From: Ostreococcus lucimarinus
Lineage: Eukaryota
Strand: one strand, 5' to 3'
DNA length: 64,000 bases
NCBI GenBank assembly: GCA_000092065.1
Contig: CP000591.1
Shown here: piece by piece, positions 9,468 through 16,962 of the stretch
How the letters are laid out: the number at the start of each line of letters is the position of its first letter
Numbering within the stretch: the first letter of the stretch is position 1
Notes under the pieces: generated by a model
Databases searched by the model: none
What the model was told of the DNA's origin: nothing
What the model saw: only the letters and a program-made list of their open reading frames with translations
Made by a program: the position numbers and the translations under genes

Positions 9468-10119
9468 CATCAAGACCGCGACGGAACGTCGAGGAAAGAT
9501 CTCGTCGACGCGCTGTTTCGCGAGTGCGGCGGACCAGAAGGTGTGGGAGGCGCTGACGGATACGCGCGGCGTACGAGGCGACGTTCGCGGCGATTGAGGA
9601 CGCGCGTCGCGCGAGATAGATGATAGATTGATACTAGATAGATCTGATGCAGCTCCTAGGCAGTCTCCTACGCGGTAGGAGACCTTGTTGTAACATACGA
9701 TGTACGACGGATCCAAAAAGTGCGAGCACGTCACCGTCGACGACCCGTCCTCGAGCGCGCGAGCGCGACGCGCCGTTTTCAGTGACAAAAAAGAATGGCA
9801 ACTTTGTTACCTCACCGGGATTCGAACCCGAGTCTGTTCGTGGAAGCGCGTGGCGTGTCCGTCAGTGTCGCGTTCACAATTTTTGGTGTCAACGTGTCCG
9901 TTCGCGTGTTCACGTGCGATGGGCGCGAAGATGCGTAGAATACGTACCTCTAGGGTGAAAGCCTAGCGTGATAACCATCTACACTATGAAGTACCGCTCG
10001 ACCCCGCAAGGGGCCGCAGCGATCGATCTCTCCGATGTTTCGGAGTTCACGGGATGTACTCATGTTTCAGCTCGTCCACACTTTCGTGTGGCTAGATAGA
10101 GATGTGTGCGGCTTGACAC
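9175..10119. repeat. Copy 1 of a 945-bp direct repeat (segment A)
   Basis: Identical at the ORF-translation level in three frames to 11612-12556, with a constant offset of 2437 bp. Starts TGTATTGCG and ends GCTTGACA(C). Contains an ENY2-like gene fragment, a hairpin and a tRNA-like fragment. Confidence 0.8.
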
Positions 10120-10359
10120 GACGACGAGGTCGAACTCGCGGTCGCGAATCCGCGCGTCGCTCGCGACGCGGCGTCGTCGCGCGTCGTCGCTCGCGGGTGC
10201 GCGCGCGGCGCCATCACCGCGCGCCGCGAAGTGACGACGCCCGCGCCGCTCAGGAAAAATTTATATATCGCCCCTTTAGAGAGTACCTACACACATGACG
10301 AGTCATGAACCAAGGATGCGGGGAGATCTCGCCGTCGGCGCCACTCGTCGCCGCATACG

Positions 10360-11376
10360 ATGACCGATTCAGTCGCGCACGCCTCACCGACGTGGAGAAC
10401 GTACTCATTAGACCCGTCGCTGCAACCGGACTGGATGAACGGCACGGCGGAGGTAGAGGCGGTCAAAACAGCGGAGGATGAACTCGAGCGCTCGTACAAG
10501 AACAAGCCATTCTTCAAGAACACAAGCTACGAGGCATTCGCCAGAAAACGAGGCGAGTATGATAAACCGACGCCCGACGGCCTCGAGGAGTTCAAGCGTC
10601 TCCTACGGGCGAGTTATCTTCGCACCGTAGAGCGCATCGATGAAGATACCCAAGTTCTGGAAGCCCAGCTACAAGACGAGAATATCTCTGAAACGCGACG
10701 GTCGGTTATCCCGCAGCACATCGAGGACACTCGTGCGAAATTAAAAGAGCAAGACAATTCATTGAACGCGCTGTGCGCCGATGTGGATGCGGTTATCGCA
10801 GATTTGAAAGGCTTGCCCGATAAAATTGCCGACATAAAAGAACACGCCTCTGAACAACTTCAGCAACACAAAAGAAAAAGAACCAGTATATCTTTGGAAC
10901 GCAACCTCGAGGAGCTGAGCGATGCGCTGCGCAGCTACGAGGCGAAAAAAGAACAGGAGAGGCTCACAATTACCGATTATCGTGGGAAATATGGGTCATG
11001 TCCATCCCAGTATGTTCGCCAGACCGCCTGGGCACGCAGACCTTCTGGTCGTGAAGAAATTAGCTTCATTGTTCATCCTGTGGGTGTCATTGGCTGCGAT
11101 GGCAGTAACCTGAGCGTTGATGGACGTGTTTCGATTGATGGTTATGGTGAGTTTAACGTACCAAAATGGCAGCCTGAATGGGGACCTGAGAAGCAAATGT
11201 GTGCGTGCGAATGCTTCCAAGAGTGGTACAAAGTCGACGCCCAAGACCTTCTTTACAGCGCGCTTCGTGGCGTAGAGGGCGCGCTAAAGGCGCTCAGTGG
11301 TTCGGGAGATGACACGTCTTCGCTTCGACGGCGCTTGGGCGATGCCAATTTGGACGAAGCAAGCACGGGGAGTTAA
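10360..11376 (+). CDS. hypothetical coiled-coil protein, a compositional outlier at about 50% GC
   Basis: 338-aa intact ATG-initiated ORF with codon usage unlike the neighbouring genes. It has a Lys/Glu-rich predicted coiled-coil middle and a Cys/Trp-containing C-terminal region. Lies inside segment B between the two repeat copies. No family recognised. Confidence 0.45.
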   Translation: MTDSVAHASPTWRTYSLDPSLQPDWMNGTAEVEAVKTAEDELERSYKNKPFFKNTSYEAFARKRGEYDKPTPDGLEEFKRLLRASYLRTVERIDEDTQVLEAQLQDENISETRRSVIPQHIEDTRAKLKEQDNSLNALCADVDAVIADLKGLPDKIADIKEHASEQLQQHKRKRTSISLERNLEELSDALRSYEAKKEQERLTITDYRGKYGSCPSQYVRQTAWARRPSGREEISFIVHPVGVIGCDGSNLSVDGRVSIDGYGEFNVPKWQPEWGPEKQMCACECFQEWYKVDAQDLLYSALRGVEGALKALSGSGDDTSSLRRRLGDANLDEASTGS

Positions 11377-11410
11377 TATATGTGGACGTATATTTTGTTG
11401 TCCACGAATG

Positions 11411-11447
<37 letters not shown>

Positions 11448-11611
11448 CGCCTCCAGTCTCGACACAGTATCACTGAGTTCACTGCGAAGTTCGTCGATTT
11501 GCTGATCTCTCGAGGCAACGGCGGCCTCTAAATCGGCGATTTGAGCGTCGTGCTCGACGATTCTTTCGTGCAGCTCCTGGTTTGACTTGACGAGCACAGG
11601 AATGATTTGAG

Positions 11612-12556
11612 TGTATTGCGCGTACGGCTACTCCCGACACGGCGACGTCGTCAACGGGTTCGGGATGTTCGGTAAGATCGGGCGCCACGCCTTATTCGTG
11701 GACGCCGCCCTGGAAAACGCGCACGCGGACTTCGGCGCGCGTCGCTTCTCCGTGCGTCGCGTCGAAGTCTGGGCGCTTGAGGCGCGCGCGCCCGGAATCG
11801 ACGCCGGCGCTTCGCCGCGCGCGGCGACGCGCGATCGAGCGACGATGGCGCAGTTTACGTCATCCGCGATCGCCCGCGACGTCCTCGACGCCACGACCGG
11901 CTGACATCAAGACCGCGACGGAACGTCGAGGAAAGATCTCGTCGACGCGCTGTTTCGCGAGTGCGGCGGACCAGAAGGTGTGGGAGGCGCTGACGGATAC
12001 GCGCGGCGTACGAGGCGACGTTCGCGGCGATTGAGGACGCGCGTCGCGCGAGATAGATGATAGATTGATACTAGATAGATCTGATGCAGCTCCTAGGCAG
12101 TCTCCTACGCGGTAGGAGACCTTGTTGTAACATACGATGTACGACGGATCCAAAAAGTGCGAGCACGTCACCGTCGACGACCCGTCCTCGAGCGCGCGAG
12201 CGCGACGCGCCGTTTTCAGTGACAAAAAAGAATGGCAACTTTGTTACCTCACCGGGATTCGAACCCGAGTCTGTTCGTGGAAGCGCGTGGCGTGTCCGTC
12301 AGTGTCGCGTTCACAATTTTTGGTGTCAACGTGTCCGTTCGCGTGTTCACGTGCGATGGGCGCGAAGATGCGTAGAATACGTACCTCTAGGGTGAAAGCC
12401 TAGCGTGATAACCATCTACACTATGAAGTACCGCTCGACCCCGCAAGGGGCCGCAGCGATCGATCTCTCCGATGTTTCGGAGTTCACGGGATGTACTCAT
12501 GTTTCAGCTCGTCCACACTTTCGTGTGGCTAGATAGAGATGTGTGCGGCTTGACAC
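11612..12556. repeat. Copy 2 of the 945-bp direct repeat (segment A-prime)
   Basis: Same sequence as 9175-10119. The duplicated ORFs 11611-11904, 11628-11894, 11777-12034, 11860-12225, 12084-12395 and 12137-12403 are identical to their copy-1 counterparts. Confidence 0.8.
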
Positions 12557-12700
12557 CGCACATCTGATGAATGACTGTGCGCTAAACTTTTTCACCCAGA
12601 AATCGCGTCGACGGACGCGCGAATGTTACGGTCGGGCGTGACGTGTTTTCGCACGCCGCGCGCCGCGCGTCGTCGCGTTCGTCGCATTCCGCACTTCGCG

Positions 12701-14101
12701 ATGCCGCCGCGAAAGCGCGCGCGCGAGGCTTCGGGCGACCCGGTCGAAACAGAGGAGGGTTCAGCGCGCGCTCGGGATTCGACCGAACCGCCGTCGACCA
12801 CCGCGCCGTCGGCGCCGTGCCCGTACCTGGACACGGTGAACCTCGCGAACCTGGATTTTGACTTTGAGAAGCGGTGCGCGGTGTCGCTGTCGCCCGTGCA
12901 CGTGTACGCGTGCTTGGTCTGCGGCAAGTACTTCGCGGGACGAGGAAAGAAGACGCACGCGTACGCGCACGCGCTGGAGTGCGGACATCACGTGTTCATG
13001 CGCCTGGCCGACGGCGCGGCGTGGTGCCTGCCGGATGGGTACGAGGTGGTGGACGAAGGGACGACGCTGTCGAGGATTCGAGACGTGCTCGCGCCGACGT
13101 ACGCGAAAAAGTACGTGGAGGAAGAGATCGAGGGCGCGCGACCGATGTGGCGGCGCGCGCTGGACGGCACGGAGTTTCTCGTCGGCGTCGTCGGATTGAA
13201 CGCGATTTGGAGCAAACGCGACGACGGCGTGAGCGCGGTGCTGCAATCGCTGAACAGAGTGGCGCCGCTGCGGCGCGCGCTGTTGCTCGACGACGCGAGG
13301 GAACGCGAGGACGTCTATCGCGCCTTGGCGGACATCACGAAGAAGATTTGGAACGCGCGAAATTTTAAAGGTCACTCGAGCCCGCACGAGTTCATGCAAG
13401 CGGTTCGAAATCGATCGAAAGACGCGTTCGGCGCGGAGACGGGGAACCACGACGCCGCGCAGTTCTTGCGTTGGTTGCTCAACGAATTGATTCGCGACGA
13501 AAAGAAACGCGGCGAAAAGCGATCCGTCATTCAGTCGTGTTTCCAGGGAGAAGTGGAAATCATCGACGATTCGTCCGCGTCGCGCGCGTCGCCGTTCCTC
13601 ATGCTCTCGATGGACCTCCCGAACGCGCCGCTGTTTCAAGACGTCATGGAGAAGAACATCATCCCGCAAGTCTCCCTCGAGCGCGCGCTGCTGAAGAAAT
13701 TCGACGGCGTCACCGCGGACCCCAAGACGCGGCGCAGGTTCAAGATCACCAAGCTCCCAAACTACTTGATCGTGAATTATTCGCGCTTCACCAAGAACAA
13801 CTTCTTCGTCGAAAAGAACCCGACCATCGTGACGTTTCCGACGCGGGGGCTGAACCTCGCCGATCACATCCCGGTGCCGAGAGGGGACGAAAATTCGGCG
13901 ACGTACGATTTGATCGCCAACATCGTGCACGACGGCGCGCCCGACGACGGGTCGTATCGCGCCATGGTGTACCACGCGCCGGATAAAAATTGGTACGAGA
14001 CGCAGGATTTGCGCGTCGCCGAGGTGTTGCCGCAACAAGTCAACCTCACGGAGACGTACGTGCAGATTTACGAGCGTCGAGACAAGCGACGAGACGCGTA
14101 G
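12701..14101 (+). CDS. USP39: U4/U6.U5 tri-snRNP-associated protein 2 (USP39/Sad1), an inactive UBP-type hydrolase
   Basis: ZnF-UBP region (CPYLDTVNLANLDFDFEKRCAVSLS...YACLVCGKYFAGRGKKTHAYAHALECGHHVFM) followed by a UCH-like domain (GLNAIWSKRDDGVSAVLQSLNRV ... YDLIANIVHDG). ATG taken at 12701 (MPPRKRARE). Confidence 0.8.
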   Translation: MPPRKRAREASGDPVETEEGSARARDSTEPPSTTAPSAPCPYLDTVNLANLDFDFEKRCAVSLSPVHVYACLVCGKYFAGRGKKTHAYAHALECGHHVFMRLADGAAWCLPDGYEVVDEGTTLSRIRDVLAPTYAKKYVEEEIEGARPMWRRALDGTEFLVGVVGLNAIWSKRDDGVSAVLQSLNRVAPLRRALLLDDAREREDVYRALADITKKIWNARNFKGHSSPHEFMQAVRNRSKDAFGAETGNHDAAQFLRWLLNELIRDEKKRGEKRSVIQSCFQGEVEIIDDSSASRASPFLMLSMDLPNAPLFQDVMEKNIIPQVSLERALLKKFDGVTADPKTRRRFKITKLPNYLIVNYSRFTKNNFFVEKNPTIVTFPTRGLNLADHIPVPRGDENSATYDLIANIVHDGAPDDGSYRAMVYHAPDKNWYETQDLRVAEVLPQQVNLTETYVQIYERRDKRRDA

Positions 14102-14202
14102 GACTCGAAAACCACATTTAGAATAATAATAGAAAACAAACGTCTCGCGATGACGAATACAACGAATACAAATACAATACACACGTCGCGCGTCGACGGA
14201 CG

Positions 14203-14216
14203 CTAATCGCCCTCGC

Positions 14217-14247
<31 letters not shown>

Positions 14248-14985
14248 CCACCCGAGCGCTTCCATCGCGTTCGCGAGCTCCGCCTCGAGCACGGGCGCGT
14301 CCGCCGCGCGCGCCGCCGCGCTGTTCTCCACCGTCGCGTGATCCACCGCGCTCCGCATCGAATACATCACCCGCCACTCCAACGCCCAAGCGTCCACGGG
14401 TCCGAACGACCGCGAGTCCTCGTGTCTCCCCGCGCTCTTCGCCGAATCCGTCTCCGCGTCCGCGTCCGCCGTCACCCACGCGTGATCCTTCGGCACCACG
14501 TACACGCTCGCGTTCGCCGCGTCCACGAGTTCGTCGCCCTCCGTCGCGCTCACGCGTCGTATCAGCGTTCGCGTCGCGTCGCTCGGGTGCGCGAACGCCA
14601 CCACGTCCCCGATCGCGGCGCTCCGAAACGGGTGCGCCAGCCTTCGCGCGAGCACGTACTCCGTCCCGGATCCTCCTCGCGCGCTCGACGGTCCCGGCGC
14701 GTCGCGCGCGCCGCCGCGCAGCGTCGGCGTCATCGCGTCGCCGCGAAACGCGAACACGCGCGTCATCGCGTCCTCGCCGATCGCGCGCACCGCCTCGGCG
14801 AGCGGCGCGCGCGGCGCGCGCGGCGCCGTCGTCGGGTCGTCGTCGTCGTCGTCGTCGTCGTCGACGTCGCGCGAGCGCGCGGTCGCGGCGACGGGGCGCG
14901 CGGCGGCGGACGACGCGGCGACGAGGGCGGGGACGAAGAGCGTCATGATTCGCTCCCAGTGGTACGACAGGCGGAGGGCGCCCAT
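14203..14985 (-). CDS. mitochondrial inner membrane protease (IMP1/IMP2, S26 signal peptidase I) homologue with a substituted catalytic dyad
   Basis: Collinear with IMP2: RGDAMTPTL versus GASMQPSL, GDVVAF...LIRRVSATEGDEL versus GDIVSL...IIKRVIALEGDIV, and HEDSRSFGPV versus SFDSNSFGPV. Ser is replaced by Ala in the first motif and Lys by Arg in the second, read directly from the DNA. Confidence 0.6.
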
Positions 14986-15115
14986 GACGGGCGTCGGCGC
15001 GTCGACGAGTGGCGCGGGCGCGGCGCGAGCGGGCTCGATCGGCGCGTACCGCTGTCTGTGAAACGTGGCTAATGATTCGCGACGATCTCGAACGTCGAGT
15101 CCTAAACGCTAGGTT

Positions 15116-16915
15116 TTAATTCGCGGTTTCGTCCGCCGTCGCGTCGATCGCGCGATCCTCGATGCGCTTTTCGCGGCGATTCCACTGGGCGCGGTCGCGC
15201 GCGGCGAGGAGCAAAGGTATCTCCGGCGGAACGGGCGCGTCGCGCCTGACGAAGCAATCGCCCATGAACTCTTTCTCTTGTTCGTCTTTGCACGACACGC
15301 GCTGGAGGAAATCGAGCGGTGATCGCGGCACGCCGGTTTCGTGGTGCTTCGAGCGAAACCGCGCGGCTTCGATGTAGGCGCCAAAGTCGCCGTGTTTGAC
15401 GCCGAGAAGATCGGCGTCGGAGGAGCATCCGCCCATTTTATCGGCTTTGGGGAACACGGTGGGGCCTTTGGCGAGCACCGCGCACAGGCCAACCTTGATG
15501 TCCGTGCTTTGCACTCGCAAGAGCTTGCGGAAGCCGGGAGACCACGTGCTCGGATGATCGTACCGCCAACTCGTGTACTCGTTGTACCTCGACTCATCGC
15601 TCGCGATCGCCTCGAGCTCGGCCGCGAGCGCCTCGAAGCTATCGTAGTCGCGCAAATCAATGTATGATTTCTTCGTCGGCATGAGCTCGGTGAACGAATC
15701 GTGACCAGTGTATATCGGAATCGAGCCGCGGGCGAGCGCCATCCACACCTTCTCCGTCATGTACCCTTGGCACATCGGTGCGTTCTCCACGGCGAAATAA
15801 AACATGTAGCGCGCCATCTTACTCTGATACTCCAGGTTTTCCACCCCGCGGCCGGGCAAGTTGCGCGGCAAGTGGTAGTTATTGAAGCAATTCCCCATGG
15901 AAAACGTCGGAAAGTGTTCGGCGAGACCGACGACGATGCCGGGTCGCGGAGGAAGGCAATCGATGGCGATCCAAGCCACCGCGGGAATCCTCTCCGAGTG
16001 AGGAATCGTGTACGCGGGGAAATCTTCCGCCATCGAATCCAGCGACGGGCCGAACGGCCACCAAATAGCCGACCGTTTCTGATCGAAATACCCGACGTAA
16101 TCGAACTCTCTGACGACTTTCGGGTTTTGCAAATCCTTCCCAAAAGTCGCCACGGCTTCGTGCGCCATGTACACGTCCACCTGACCCGGGTCTATCTTTG
16201 CAGGTTTCGCGTACGAACCGTCTTTCCCTTTATTCTTGCCGCGCCACAAGTACCCCGATTGACTAAACACTCTCACGTCGGCTCTCTTGTCGCCGTCGCA
16301 TCCGATGACGACCTTCTCCACGCACGCGCCGGGAGTGAACAACCTTCCGAACCCTTTCACGTAGGTCGAGTCCCAGGCATCCGCCGGCATGTCCACGCAC
16401 ATCGTGAACCCGGTCTCCGAGCGCGTCACCGCCGGCGCGTGCGCGTACGACGACACGTCGACGTCGGCGTCGTAGCCTCGAAACGCGTCCGGCAGATACG
16501 CGTGCCGAATCGGATCCAACGCCGCCGCCACCGCGAGCTGATCCACCTTCCCGTGCGCGTTCCTGTAGTACGCCTGCGCGATCATCGCCTTCCGAGTCGC
16601 CCTCGCGTCGCCGAGCTTCGCCGCGCTCGCGCCGAGACCGCCGTCTCGCGTCGCCGCCGCCGCCGCGCCGATCGCCGCGCACGCCGCCAGCGCGCCCGCC
16701 CCGACCCGCGCCCGCGTCCACCGTCCGCCGCGCCTCGCGTCGCCGGCGTCGCCGCCGCCGCCGTCGCCTCGCGCGCGCGTCGCGTTCGCCGTCGTCGTCG
16801 TCGCGCGCTCGACGTCGTCGAGGTGTTGACGCCATCCTTCGTCATCCGTCGCCGTCGCGCGCGCGCGCGTCAGCAGGGACGCGCGCTCGGCGCTCGCCGT
16901 CGACGCCGTCGGCAT
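15116..16915 (-). CDS. alpha-1,3/4-fucosyltransferase (glycosyltransferase family 10), type II membrane protein
   Basis: GT10 signature YMFYFAVENAPMCQGYMTEKVWMALARGSIPIYTG (compare YKFYLAFENS..DYVTEKLW). N-terminal hydrophobic anchor GAGALAACAAIGAAAAA. Confidence 0.75.
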   Translation of the reverse strand: MPTASTASAERASLLTRARATATDDEGWRQHLDDVERATTTTANATRARGDGGGGDAGDARRGGRWTRARVGAGALAACAAIGAAAAATRDGGLGASAAKLGDARATRKAMIAQAYYRNAHGKVDQLAVAAALDPIRHAYLPDAFRGYDADVDVSSYAHAPAVTRSETGFTMCVDMPADAWDSTYVKGFGRLFTPGACVEKVVIGCDGDKRADVRVFSQSGYLWRGKNKGKDGSYAKPAKIDPGQVDVYMAHEAVATFGKDLQNPKVVREFDYVGYFDQKRSAIWWPFGPSLDSMAEDFPAYTIPHSERIPAVAWIAIDCLPPRPGIVVGLAEHFPTFSMGNCFNNYHLPRNLPGRGVENLEYQSKMARYMFYFAVENAPMCQGYMTEKVWMALARGSIPIYTGHDSFTELMPTKKSYIDLRDYDSFEALAAELEAIASDESRYNEYTSWRYDHPSTWSPGFRKLLRVQSTDIKVGLCAVLAKGPTVFPKADKMGGCSSDADLLGVKHGDFGAYIEAARFRSKHHETGVPRSPLDFLQRVSCKDEQEKEFMGDCFVRRDAPVPPEIPLLLAARDRAQWNRREKRIEDRAIDATADETAN

Positions 16916-16962
16916 CGCGCGTCCGACGCGCGCGTCCGTCGCGACGCGCGACGCGTCGTCGT

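Noticed and set aside
10075-10119. Helitron 3-prime end: hairpin CCACAC-TTTC-GTGTGG immediately followed by CTAG.
   Set aside because: The hairpin-to-CTRR spacing is zero. 24 further shared bases follow. There is no 5-prime TC terminus or Rep/Hel ORF nearby. This is more likely chance.
9175-12559. LTR-retrotransposon or TRIM/LARD interpretation of the A-B-A-prime structure: TG...CA termini, flanking CCGC on both sides, identical repeats.
   Set aside because: There is no PBS right after the 5-prime copy and no clear polypurine tract. No gag/pol/RT/IN is present. The repeat boundary falls inside coding-looking sequence of gene 8649. A 4-bp CCGC flank is expected by chance in this composition. 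The internal region carries host-gene fragments instead. I kept it as a low-probability alternative.
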